Of a stretch of DNA of 64,000 bases, positions 37,441 to 45,985 are shown piece after piece. The notes under the pieces are model-generated. The model had not been told where the DNA came from and did not search any database. It saw only the letters and a program-made list of their open reading frames with translations. Origin of the DNA: a virus; IMG/VR virus record IMGVR_UViG_3300032893_000008, positions 32,001 through 96,000 of that record. The stretch is one strand, 5' to 3'. The stretch's first letter is position 1. Each line of letters begins with the position of its first letter. The position numbers and the translations under genes are program-made.

Positions 37441-38034
37441 ATGCGCATCCTCGCTCTGGACCCAGCCACCACCACAGGATGGGCTCTGTTCGACGGCTCC
37501 TCGATCTCTGAAGTAGGATTCATCACTTTCTCCCCCGTGGCCGCTGGCTACTCTGGCACCTCCGAAGGACTACGCCTCCTGGAAGCTCATCGCTGGCTCG
37601 ACAAGATGATTGTAAAATGGAAGCCGGATCTGATTGTCGCTGAAGGTTTTTTTGCTTCAGGGCGCTTCACAAACGGATCCAACGTGAACCACGAGATCCG
37701 CGGTATCTTCAAGATGACCGCAGCTTGCTTGGAAAAGCAATACGTCGTTACCGGCCCATCGGAGTGGAAGAGGAAGCTTTGCGGCCGCACCACGCCGACG
37801 AAGGCTGAGAAGAAGCTCTACGGGAAAGCGAACGCCAAGAAGATGGTCACAGTCAAGGCCCTGGAAGCCCGCGGCTTCAAGTTCCCGGAGAAGGTGCGCT
37901 CAGCCAAGGGGAACATGGTGAAATGGAAGTTCGATATTTCCGATGCGCTCGGCATCCTCGTGGCCGAACTGGATGCTCGTGCTATCGATTTTCAGATTCA
38001 TCCCGACCTGTTTCAGGTCGAGCCCAAGTCCTAA
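37441..38034 (+). CDS. RuvC-like Holliday junction resolvase
   Basis: MRILALDPATTTGWA, IVAEG, PSEWKR and DISDAL motifs. Start reassigned to ATG 37441, 6 nt after TATGAT. Confidence 0.82.
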   Translation: MRILALDPATTTGWALFDGSSISEVGFITFSPVAAGYSGTSEGLRLLEAHRWLDKMIVKWKPDLIVAEGFFASGRFTNGSNVNHEIRGIFKMTAACLEKQYVVTGPSEWKRKLCGRTTPTKAEKKLYGKANAKKMVTVKALEARGFKFPEKVRSAKGNMVKWKFDISDALGILVAELDARAIDFQIHPDLFQVEPKS

Positions 38035-38055
38035 ATTGTTGAGGTCCCGCTCATC

Positions 38056-40029
38056 GTGAAAGCCGCCTTCGGTAATCAAGCCGCTGAATTTGTCTATGTT
38101 CGCACCTACGCCCGCTGGATGGAAGAGAAGGGCCGGCGAGAAACCTGGGAAGAGACCGTCGATCGTTACGTGACCTTCATCAAGGAAGAGCGTGGCGAGA
38201 AGATTCCGGAGAAAGTCCTTCGGAAGATCCGCGAGAAGATGCTAGCTTTCGAGGTGGTCCCCAGCATGCGTGCCCTCCATGCCGCCGGTGAAGCAGCTCG
38301 CATCGACAACACCACGATTTTCAACTGCTCTTTCTCTGCGGTTGACCACCAGGATGCGTTCGCGGAAGCGCTCTACATCTTGATGTGCGGCACTGGCTAT
38401 GGCTTTTCGGTGGAGAAACGTTATGTCGAGAAGCTCCCGGTAGTCCCAGTGATGACCTCCGCGTCCATGGGGACGTTCGTGATCGAGGACTCTCGCCGCG
38501 GATGGGCGGACTCGGTCAAAGCTCTCGTCAACGCGCTCTACGCCGGCGCTGACCAGGCGATGGACTACTCGAAAATTCGCCCCCTGGGCGCTCGCCTGAA
38601 GACCATGGGAGGACGTGCCTCAGGGCCGGCGCCGCTGATTAAGCTCCACGAGTTCATGCGGACGGTCTTCTCCAAGGCTCAAGGGCGCAAGCTCACCTCT
38701 CTGGAAGTCCACGACGTGATGAACATGATCGCTGAGGTCGTGGTCGTCGGTGGTGTGCGCCGCTCTAGCCAGATCTCCTTGTCTGACCTGGATGACCAGG
38801 CGATGCGGGATGCGAAGACCGGTAGCTACCCCTACTACCGTGGAATGGCCAACAATTCGGCAGTTTACCATGAGAAGCCTGACATGATTCAGTTCATGCG
38901 GGAATGGACTGCTCTCGCCGCTTCCGGCACCGGCGAGCGCGGTATCTTCAACCTCACGGCAGTTGAGAAGTGCGCTCCGCGCCGACGCAATACCGATCTG
39001 ATCATCGGAAGTAACCCCTGTGGAGAGATCCAGCTTCGTTCGCGTCAGTTTTGTAACCTTTCGGAGATCGTGGCACGCCCCGATGATGATGTTGACTCGC
39101 TCCTCGACAAGGTCGAGACGGCCACGTGGATCGGAGTGATTCAGTCTACGTTCACGCACTTCCCCTATCTCTCGGAAGAATGGCGGAAGAACTGCGAAGA
39201 GGAGCGCCTCCTGGGCGTCTCGATCACGGGCCAGATGGACGCCTGGAATCTCCTCACGCCTCAGGTGCTACAGGCCATGAAGTCGCGTTACCTTAAAGTA
39301 ATGCGCAAGGCATGCAAGATCATGGGGGTCCCGGTGTCTGCCGCCGGCACGTGCGGGAAGCCTTCTGGGACTGCCTCCCAGGTCCTGAGCTGCCCGTCCG
39401 GCGCCCATCCCTGGTATGCGCCCTATTTCTTGCGCCGTTATCGCCTGGACGCTTCCGATCCACTGCTCAAGCTGCTCCGGACGGCCGGCGTAGAGGTTTC
39501 GCCGGAGAATAACCAGCGGAAGTCCGACTGGGCGAAGGCCGCGAAAGCTGATGCTGAAGGTCGTGCGGACGACGTTCTCAAGTACTGCAAGATTTACCGC
39601 CGCGGGGAAGAGTGGTCCGAGGATAAGGTCCTCACCTGGGTTGTAGCCTTTCCGGTCAAGGCGCCTGAGGGAGCGATCACTCGCAAGGACGTTTCGGTGA
39701 TCGACCAGCTGGAGCATTACAAGAAGATGCAGACGAATTGGTGTGAGCACAACCAATCGATTACCGTCTACGTGAAGCCAGAAGAGTGGCTGAAGGCTGG
39801 CACCTGGGTCTACGAGAATTGGGATATCGTGAACGGAATCAGCTTCCTGCCCGAAGATGGTGGCGTTTACGAGCAGATGCCCTACGAAGAGATCACGAAG
39901 GACGCATACGAAATCGCCACTGGGGAATTCCCGCAGATCGATTTCGGCTCTTTGGCGCTCTTTGAGCGAGACGATCAGACTACGGGATCGAAGGAATTTG
40001 CTTGCGTATCAGGAGCTTGTGAAATCTAA
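38056..40029 (+). CDS. nrdJ: class II (B12-dependent) ribonucleotide reductase
   Basis: RTYAR, RRETWEETVDRY, FNCS, GGVRRS, GSNPCGE, QFCNLSE, KPSGT and C-terminal ACVSGACEI; no beta subunit nearby. Confidence 0.88.
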   Translation: MKAAFGNQAAEFVYVRTYARWMEEKGRRETWEETVDRYVTFIKEERGEKIPEKVLRKIREKMLAFEVVPSMRALHAAGEAARIDNTTIFNCSFSAVDHQDAFAEALYILMCGTGYGFSVEKRYVEKLPVVPVMTSASMGTFVIEDSRRGWADSVKALVNALYAGADQAMDYSKIRPLGARLKTMGGRASGPAPLIKLHEFMRTVFSKAQGRKLTSLEVHDVMNMIAEVVVVGGVRRSSQISLSDLDDQAMRDAKTGSYPYYRGMANNSAVYHEKPDMIQFMREWTALAASGTGERGIFNLTAVEKCAPRRRNTDLIIGSNPCGEIQLRSRQFCNLSEIVARPDDDVDSLLDKVETATWIGVIQSTFTHFPYLSEEWRKNCEEERLLGVSITGQMDAWNLLTPQVLQAMKSRYLKVMRKACKIMGVPVSAAGTCGKPSGTASQVLSCPSGAHPWYAPYFLRRYRLDASDPLLKLLRTAGVEVSPENNQRKSDWAKAAKADAEGRADDVLKYCKIYRRGEEWSEDKVLTWVVAFPVKAPEGAITRKDVSVIDQLEHYKKMQTNWCEHNQSITVYVKPEEWLKAGTWVYENWDIVNGISFLPEDGGVYEQMPYEEITKDAYEIATGEFPQIDFGSLALFERDDQTTGSKEFACVSGACEI

Positions 40030-40032
40030 TAT

Positions 40033-40155
40033 GGCGTGGAGTCATAGGGGACGATAAATAGGTGTCGTCGACGGCCCGGCCCTCACCGGGATTGCGCACC
40101 GTCGACAGCCCGTTTCCGAGGAGACCAGTAGGTTCAAGTCCTACGCCGCGCCACC
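40033..40155 (+). ncRNA. tRNA-like RNA with a non-canonical enlarged anticodon arm
   Basis: Acceptor GGCGTGG/CCGCGCC+A; D-like arm GTC-ATAGGG-GAC; T arm GTAGG-TTCAAGT-CCTAC; central GTCGACGG/CCGTCGAC stem. Confidence 0.7.
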
Positions 40156-40189
40156 CCTAAAACTTCATGCCTTGCGGTATTATCAGGGC

Positions 40190-40264
40190 ATGAACGCAGA
40201 AGTCGAAAACGGCCCCCTGGAAGGGCTTAACACTGTTGGCGAAGCCCTGGAGAAAAAGGAATGA
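40190..40264 (+). CDS. 24-aa acidic peptide MNAEVENGPLEGLNTVGEALEKKE
   Basis: GCGGTATTAT 6 nt upstream; stop overlaps the next ATG (ATGA). Confidence 0.5.
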   Translation: MNAEVENGPLEGLNTVGEALEKKE

Positions 40265-40524
40265 AGAAGTTCCTCCTAGCCTCTTTTTTGCTCGCGGTAA
40301 CTGCTTTCGCTTGCGGCAGCGTCGATGACGATGATCAGCCTCTCGGACCGATCCCGGTGATCGACTTTGCTCCGAGCGCTACCCCGTCAGTATCGCCGAG
40401 TCCGAGCCCCACCGAAACCGAGGAACCTACTCCTTCACCGAGCCCGTCTCCGACGTGTTCGTCCGATGACGATAACGATCACCACCATCACCACCACGGG
40501 GATGAAGATGAAGCTAGTCATTGA
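40261..40524 (+). CDS. putative lipoprotein with Pro/Ser/Thr linker and Asp/His-rich tail
   Basis: Signal peptide and lipobox-like MKKFLLASFLLAVTAFA-C; PSPSPT repeats; DDDNDHHHHHHGD. Confidence 0.7.
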   Translation: MKKFLLASFLLAVTAFACGSVDDDDQPLGPIPVIDFAPSATPSVSPSPSPTETEEPTPSPSPSPTCSSDDDNDHHHHHHGDEDEASH

Positions 40525-41089
40525 TGTCGACGGTGTTCTCGCCGATTTTGTGCTTGGGATCACCAAGAAGATGTCCGAGATGAACTCCAACGTCAAGCCG
40601 TTCCCGACGTCTGAGCAGAAGTCGTGGGACTTCCGAGAGCTGCCGCCCGGGCTCCTCAAGGAGGCATTCGCCGAAGCTGCGGTGGACAACGCATACAGCT
40701 TCAATGCGGACCTCGAATCCCTAATCACCGAAGAGGAAGCGCGCCGGCTCACCCGTCTGTCACTGGACCACGAGGTCTACTTCGCCACGAATCGCCCCGG
40801 CGGGATGGAAGCTCTTCGCGGGACGAAGAGATTCCTCGATCGGATCGGCATGATCCATCCGAACGTCGTGATTACCGCCAAGAAGGGCGAGTTCGCAGCC
40901 GCGATCGGCGCCACGCACCTCATCGATGACAAGGCCGGCAATGCCGTCTACGCGAAGTATCATTCGCCGTCAACGGAGGTCTTTCTGATCGATCGCCCCT
41001 ACAACCGATTTGACCAGACCGTCGTCGGCACCAAGGTGAATCGCATCATGACCTTCAGCGAGTTTCTGGACGCCGTCGAAAAGTCGTGA
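40508..41089 (+). CDS. HAD-family 5'(3')-deoxyribonucleotidase-like protein
   Basis: IDVDGVLADF, FATNR, LIDDK and DRPYN motifs. Confidence 0.85.
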   Translation: MKLVIDVDGVLADFVLGITKKMSEMNSNVKPFPTSEQKSWDFRELPPGLLKEAFAEAAVDNAYSFNADLESLITEEEARRLTRLSLDHEVYFATNRPGGMEALRGTKRFLDRIGMIHPNVVITAKKGEFAAAIGATHLIDDKAGNAVYAKYHSPSTEVFLIDRPYNRFDQTVVGTKVNRIMTFSEFLDAVEKS

Positions 41090-41190
41090 AGATACCGACC
41101 TACGAAAAATTCGCGGAGTTCCTACCACTCCTAGTGTGGGTTGGGATCTTCTCTGCGATGATCGTCGCTCTATATTTCGGCTGCCGCTGA
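41086..41190 (+). CDS. 34-aa single-TM peptide MKIPTYEKFAEFLPLLVWVGIFSAMIVALYFGCR
   Basis: Manual translation; GTGA overlap with the upstream stop and fills the gap to the next gene. Confidence 0.55.
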   Translation: MKIPTYEKFAEFLPLLVWVGIFSAMIVALYFGCR

Positions 41191-41198
41191 GGAGAGAT

Positions 41199-41753
41199 AT
41201 GTCCGACACACCGAAGCAGAATCCCAAGGAAGCTGCCGGCGGGGTCAAGGTCCCACTGCACCTTTGCCCCGATACCGTCAAGATCGCCGGCGCGATGGCC
41301 TTCCTGGAAGGCGCCACGAAGTATGGCGCGCACAACTGGCGAGCCGCGGGAATCATGGCTTCCACTTACAAATCCGCCATGGAGCGACATATGATCTCCT
41401 GGTGGAACGGCGAGGACATCGATCCGGACTCGGGCCTTCCGCACCTCTGGAAGCTTCTGGCGTGCGTGGCGGTCTTGATCGACGCCTCGATGCTGAACAA
41501 GATCACCGATGATCGGCCGCCGATGTCGCCTCTGCCGGAGCTAATGAAGGCCCTGGAACCAGCGATCGCCGCCATCAAGGCGAAAAACGCCGACAAGAAT
41601 CCGCGCCACTGGTCGATCGCTGATTCGGAAGGTATGCCGAAGTTGCCGGAGGCAATCCTCGGCAAGAAGGCCGGAATTCCGGGAGCGCACGAAGTGAACC
41701 CGGGGATGTGGGTAGCGGACAAATCTACAAGTATCTTCAAGCAGGAGAAGTGA
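41199..41753 (+). CDS. dATP/dGTP diphosphohydrolase domain protein (DUF5664-like)
   Basis: NPKEAAG..KVPLHL, GATKYGAHNWR, SAMERH and GEDIDPDSGLPHL motifs; GGAG SD before ATG 41199. Confidence 0.85.
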   Translation: MSDTPKQNPKEAAGGVKVPLHLCPDTVKIAGAMAFLEGATKYGAHNWRAAGIMASTYKSAMERHMISWWNGEDIDPDSGLPHLWKLLACVAVLIDASMLNKITDDRPPMSPLPELMKALEPAIAAIKAKNADKNPRHWSIADSEGMPKLPEAILGKKAGIPGAHEVNPGMWVADKSTSIFKQEK

Positions 41754-41754
41754 G

Positions 41755-41922
41755 ATGAACAGACGATTTTTGATTGGCGCTACGGTTTTCATCGCTGGAG
41801 TTAGCGTTATTTTCACCGTAGCTGACCTCTTCGCCGGCAACTTCTTCCTCGCGGGGCTCTGGCTTATTGTCAGCGCTCTGAACGCTAGAAACCTTCTCGC
41901 TCTCCTCACGACCAAGGACTAA
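41755..41922 (+). CDS. 55-aa two-TM membrane protein
   Basis: Manual translation MNRRFLIGATVFIAGVSVIFTVADLFAGNFFLAGLWLIVSALNARNLLALLTTKD. Confidence 0.6.
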   Translation: MNRRFLIGATVFIAGVSVIFTVADLFAGNFFLAGLWLIVSALNARNLLALLTTKD

Positions 41923-41924
41923 GA

Positions 41925-42770
41925 ATGGCCTACGGCGCGAAAGTCATCCTCGATTCGATCTCGGAAGCCGGCGTCCGCCTCACCACGATGGAGGTGACCA
42001 TCCCTCGCATCGTCCTGCCGGAGTTCAACACCCACCGGATGCTATCCCGGAATTCGGCGTCCAGTCGAGCGATCCCGGTCAAGAAGATGATCGAGCGCGT
42101 CAAGGCTGATCCTTTCATCCCCCAGCGCTGGGGCCGCAACGAGAAGGGCATGCAGGCCAATCAGGAGCTGAAGACGCCGGAAGAGATCAAGCTGGCGACG
42201 GATATCTGGCTCATGGCTCGTGATGAAGCGATCAAATACGTCGAAATGCTCGTGGACGAGAACGGTATCAACATCCACAAGCAGCTCGCGAATCGCCTCC
42301 TGGAGCCCTGGATGTGGCAGACCATCATCGTCACGGCTACGGAATGGGAGAACATGCGTGGCCTTCGGGTATCGCCCGAGGCACAGCCGGATTTCGAGAT
42401 CGCTGCCCGGATGCTCTTCGAAGCCTATGATGCGAGTAGCCCCAAGTGGTTAGACGTAGGTGAATGGCACCTTCCTTACGTGGAAGGCGTCGACAAGGAC
42501 TCTATGTTGTGGGACGGGGTCTCTCAAGAGAAGTTGATCAAGATTTCCGCCGCTCGATGCGCGAGAGTGTCCTATCTCACCCACGACGGCAGGCGAGATC
42601 CGACCGAAGACGTGAAGCTCTACGATCGCCTCCTCGCTGGCCCGCACCTCTCCCCTCTGGAGCACCCCGCCCAGGCCCTGGCCAATCCAATCCAGGTGGG
42701 TAATTTCACTGGTTGGATGCAGGCCCGGAAGATGATCCCCGGGGAAGCGATTCATAGGGGGAAGAAATGA
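41925..42770 (+). CDS. thyX: FAD-dependent thymidylate synthase
   Basis: EFNTHRMLSRNSASSRAIP, HKQLANRLLEPW, SAARCARVSY, HLSPLEH. Confidence 0.9.
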   Translation: MAYGAKVILDSISEAGVRLTTMEVTIPRIVLPEFNTHRMLSRNSASSRAIPVKKMIERVKADPFIPQRWGRNEKGMQANQELKTPEEIKLATDIWLMARDEAIKYVEMLVDENGINIHKQLANRLLEPWMWQTIIVTATEWENMRGLRVSPEAQPDFEIAARMLFEAYDASSPKWLDVGEWHLPYVEGVDKDSMLWDGVSQEKLIKISAARCARVSYLTHDGRRDPTEDVKLYDRLLAGPHLSPLEHPAQALANPIQVGNFTGWMQARKMIPGEAIHRGKK

Positions 42771-43372
42771 AGCATCCGTTCAATGACGAAATGACCGGCT
42801 GGGACTGGCTCTTTAACTCGATCCTGTGCCGGCTCTTCAAGTATCGCGATATCGTCAAGACCGAAGAGAGCGAAGAGAGTATTGGCAATGGAGTTGCCTT
42901 GTATCATTCGGGGCCTACGCTCTACCTGCGCCGTTTCTACCTCTGGTCCAAGGGGAACAAGGAAGACGGCTACAAAGGAGCGATCTTCCTTCACAACATC
43001 CGACGGTCTGACAACGATCGCCATATGCACGATCACCCCTGGGATTTCACGAGCTACGTTCTCGCTGGCGGCTACTATGAGCAGCTCCCGGGGGCTGAAG
43101 TCGTAGACCTGGCGGGTAACGTTAGTAAGCCCGGGCGCAAAGTCTACCCCGGCATGGAACTGCATAACCCCGCCGAACACCTTCACAAAGTCGAACTTTG
43201 GCGCAATCCCGATGGAAGTCCGATGCGCGCCTGGACGATCGTCAAGGCCGGACCCGCTCGCCGCATTTGGGGCTTCCAGACCGAGGAAGGGTGGGTCGAC
43301 TACAAGACCTACTTGGGGATCCCTCAGGAAACCCCCGAGACGAACGGCGAAGACATCATCCCGAAGACCTAA
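42767..43372 (+). CDS. cupin-like phage protein
   Basis: YLRRFYL, LHNIRRSD.DRHMHDHPWDFTS, GGYYE, HKVEL and WGF motifs. Confidence 0.65.
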   Translation: MKHPFNDEMTGWDWLFNSILCRLFKYRDIVKTEESEESIGNGVALYHSGPTLYLRRFYLWSKGNKEDGYKGAIFLHNIRRSDNDRHMHDHPWDFTSYVLAGGYYEQLPGAEVVDLAGNVSKPGRKVYPGMELHNPAEHLHKVELWRNPDGSPMRAWTIVKAGPARRIWGFQTEEGWVDYKTYLGIPQETPETNGEDIIPKT

Positions 43373-43423
43373 AACTCTCACGCTGCGGTATCATCTAGAC
43401 AACAACGAACCAGGAGAAAAGCC

Positions 43424-43741
43424 ATGGGCCGTCCCAAGAAGAGCGAAGTCCCCCAGACGTTCATCGATGCCACGAACACCATGACCACGGAGGAACTCCG
43501 CAACGAGATCCTCAAGGCCAGTGCCAACGTCGACGAGATCGAGGAGGCTCGTGAGAACGACGGGAAGTTCCAGGTCCTCAAGGAGACCTACACTGACGCT
43601 GCCGCCGGCTATCGCGACGGCATCAACGCCGAGAAGGCGAAGGCCGCCTACGCCAAGCTCGTCCTCAAGAACCGCGGCCAAACGGTCGCGGCGTCGAACA
43701 TCACCAAGCCGACCACCGCGAAGGTCGCCCAGAAGTCGTGA
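43424..43741 (+). CDS. coiled-coil hypothetical protein
   Basis: Strong AGGAG SD; GCGGTATCAT promoter upstream. Confidence 0.75.
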   Translation: MGRPKKSEVPQTFIDATNTMTTEELRNEILKASANVDEIEEARENDGKFQVLKETYTDAAAGYRDGINAEKAKAAYAKLVLKNRGQTVAASNITKPTTAKVAQKS

Positions 43742-43950
43742 GCGCGAAGCCCTATACAGCAGAGGTCCGAAAGTTCAAGGCCATTTGGGGAATCGGGCCT
43801 CTGCTGCGGCGTTACTCTTCGCCGAGCCTGATCTGGCTGGAGCTGAACACTGGAGCTGAACTCAAAGAAGTGGCAGGCATCGTGCCACAGCACATCACCG
43901 ACACCCTAACGATCAAGGTCGAAAGAGAGAGCAATGAAGAACAATCCTGA
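43738..43950 (+). CDS. hypothetical protein
   Basis: 70 aa with GTGA overlap. Confidence 0.55.
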   Translation: MSAKPYTAEVRKFKAIWGIGPLLRRYSSPSLIWLELNTGAELKEVAGIVPQHITDTLTIKVERESNEEQS

Positions 43951-44182
43951 TCCCATCGTCGCTGCGTTCACCGCCTGGGACAACCATCGCCAGGACTGCA
44001 AGGCCACCATCCTCGATAACGACAAGGAAGCCGGCGAGGGCGCGAAGCGCAAGGTCAACCATCCCTGCGTATACGACGGGGACAAGTGCGAACGAGGCAT
44101 GAAGCTCTACAACACCTGGCGCCGCGCGATCGGTGCCGTCCCTTCGGAACCCAAGGTCCGCAGCACCAGCACGGAGATCTGA
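43934..44182 (+). CDS. small His/Cys-containing hypothetical protein
   Basis: HRQDC...PC...KC pattern; codon usage resembles the other phage genes. Confidence 0.65.
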   Translation: MKNNPDPIVAAFTAWDNHRQDCKATILDNDKEAGEGAKRKVNHPCVYDGDKCERGMKLYNTWRRAIGAVPSEPKVRSTSTEI

Positions 44183-44183
44183 T

Positions 44184-44486
44184 ATGCCCACTGGCGGAAC
44201 TTCCAAGACTCGTAGGGGCGTAATGCCCGGCACTCGCAACCGTAACGTCGCTCGCAATTCGCAGAAGACGACCTTTCGGTGCGGTCACCGCGGCCTCGGC
44301 GCCTTTTGTCACCGCTGCGAGCAGGCCAAGGTCCTCACCGCGAACGCCGAGAAGGGTGTCATCGTGATCTACGACCGCAAGACCAAGCCGAAGAAGCCGG
44401 TGGTCCAGAAGGCGACGACGGAAGACGTTCGCGCTATGCGCGCCGAAGCTGCCCGACTCCTGAAGCCGGCGGCAAACAAGACTTGA
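44184..44486 (+). CDS. basic Zn-finger-like hypothetical protein
   Basis: CGH...FCHRC; start at ATG 44184. Confidence 0.65.
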   Translation: MPTGGTSKTRRGVMPGTRNRNVARNSQKTTFRCGHRGLGAFCHRCEQAKVLTANAEKGVIVIYDRKTKPKKPVVQKATTEDVRAMRAEAARLLKPAANKT

Positions 44487-44517
44487 CTTTCGGGGTGAAA
44501 CCCGGTAAGAAAGCTTC

Positions 44518-44703
44518 ATGGAAAAGAAGCCTCTCTACAAGTCAAAGTCTGACGTCCGTCCGGAATGCATCGCGGAGGTCCTGAACAAGTTCTACGAGGA
44601 GGGTTACCATCTCAAGGAAATCGTTCAGGACAACTTCGAATACTACGGGGAAGTCGAGCGATACCGCACTTACACCATCCTCGTGGTTCTGGGAACTGTG
44701 TGA
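44518..44703 (+). CDS. small hypothetical protein
   Basis: TTGACT-17 nt-TAAGAA-6 nt-ATG. Confidence 0.6.
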   Translation: MEKKPLYKSKSDVRPECIAEVLNKFYEEGYHLKEIVQDNFEYYGEVERYRTYTILVVLGTV

Positions 44704-45521
44704 CGGACCCGATCATCCTGTTCCGCTCCGAAGGATTGGAAGCCGAAGGCGAGCTTGAGGCAGCGAGGAAGCATTTCGCCGTCATTGACTCGCGCTTGGA
44801 TATCCATCGCAACGAACTGGTGATCGGGCGCTACTCGGTCTATCCCTACTACCAGGAGCTGGAAAAGGACGTAATCCGCAAGGGCGCCAAGCTAGTGAAC
44901 TCTTACCGAGAGCACCTATACGTCGCTGACGTGATGTCTTGGGCCCTAGATCTCGACGAGATGACGCCAATGACCTGGCGTCATCCATCAGAAGCCCCGC
45001 GAGATTGCGCGTTCGTCCTCAAGGGCAAGACGTATTCTAAGAAATTCCTTTGGGACACGCATATGTTCGCGCCCGATTTTCGGCAGGCCATGGAGGTCTA
45101 CTGCCGGCTCCAGGATGATGCGCTGATTGGTAGCGAGGGCATCTATCTCCGCCGTTACGTCCCGCTCCGCCAACTGGACGTCGGTCCGCACGGACTCCCG
45201 ATCTCGGAAGAGTATCGCTTCTTCGTTCTGTATGGCCAAGTCGTGAGCGCTGGCTTCTACTGGTCGAGCTACCCCCACTTGGTGACCTCCGAGATTACGC
45301 CAGCGACAGTGCCGAAGGACTTCCTGGAAGAGGCGATCTCACGCGTGGAGGATAGAGTTTCCTTCTTCACCATGGATGTAGCCCGGACCGAGAAGGGTGA
45401 TTGGATCGTCGTAGAGCTGAATGATGGCCAGATGAGCGGCCTCAGCGAGAACGACCCCGACACTTTCTACCGTCGCCTTCGGGAAGTGCTCGTCGTTGAA
45501 AACGAGCCAGGCCCGGATTAG
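44700..45521 (+). CDS. ATP-grasp domain protein (R2K/DUF4343-like)
   Basis: FVLKG..SKK, YLRRYVPL, EEYRFFV and FFTMDVARTEKGDWIVVELNDGQMSGL motifs; GTG 44700 overlaps the upstream stop. Confidence 0.82.
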   Translation: MTDPIILFRSEGLEAEGELEAARKHFAVIDSRLDIHRNELVIGRYSVYPYYQELEKDVIRKGAKLVNSYREHLYVADVMSWALDLDEMTPMTWRHPSEAPRDCAFVLKGKTYSKKFLWDTHMFAPDFRQAMEVYCRLQDDALIGSEGIYLRRYVPLRQLDVGPHGLPISEEYRFFVLYGQVVSAGFYWSSYPHLVTSEITPATVPKDFLEEAISRVEDRVSFFTMDVARTEKGDWIVVELNDGQMSGLSENDPDTFYRRLREVLVVENEPGPD

Positions 45522-45985
45522 GGCCAGAACTTCGCTTCGTCGGTGCGTCGGGCCTTCAAGCCCGCGGACTCCGTGAGCACGCCGTTCACTCGGACTTTGT
45601 CCCACTTCAGGAAGTCCGTTCGGATCTCACTGTTGCTCGCGCCGGCGTTGATGGCCCTGAGCAGAGAGCTAGCACTAAAGCCAAACACACCGATGTTGAA
45701 GATGAAACTCACCAAGGAATCGAACTGGTCCTGAGTGATCGCCGCAGTTACTAGGTCCTTCACAGCGTTCTCCGCCGGCACCAGATCGAGCGCCAGGAGC
45801 GCATCGGCCTGAGCCTGGGTAAGGCCGGCGCCGAAAAGCGCCATGAGCGCTGGCACAGCACGATCCTCGGCCGTGATCAGATGCCCGACGCCGATGGTGT
45901 CCAGGCCAGCCTGGTCCTTGTAGATCGTCAGGACACAGTCTTCGTAGCCTCGGATTCTAGCGATGCCAGCCGCCGAGGTCTTCAT
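45518..45985 (-). CDS. GH24 phage lysozyme (endolysin)
   Basis: YED..LTIYKD.AG..TIGVGH, QFDSLVSFIFNIG, FLKW and GL..RR..E motifs. Confidence 0.92.
   Translation of the reverse strand: MKTSAAGIARIRGYEDCVLTIYKDQAGLDTIGVGHLITAEDRAVPALMALFGAGLTQAQADALLALDLVPAENAVKDLVTAAITQDQFDSLVSFIFNIGVFGFSASSLLRAINAGASNSEIRTDFLKWDKVRVNGVLTESAGLKARRTDEAKFWP

Noticed and set aside
17171-40029. Inteins or introns in DnaE, the helicases or NrdJ
   Set aside because: Lengths are ordinary and no splice-junction or homing endonuclease motifs were seen
40076-40090. TCA in a hairpin loop read as a selenocysteine/opal suppressor anticodon
   Set aside because: The loop is 6 nt, lacks canonical anticodon geometry, and TGA is used as an ordinary stop throughout
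40367-41198. Extended N-termini in the ORF track (also 2792-3430, 37423, 44133, 44565, 49788)
   Set aside because: They overlap upstream genes; downstream starts fit the domain boundaries, SD sites or -10 spacing better
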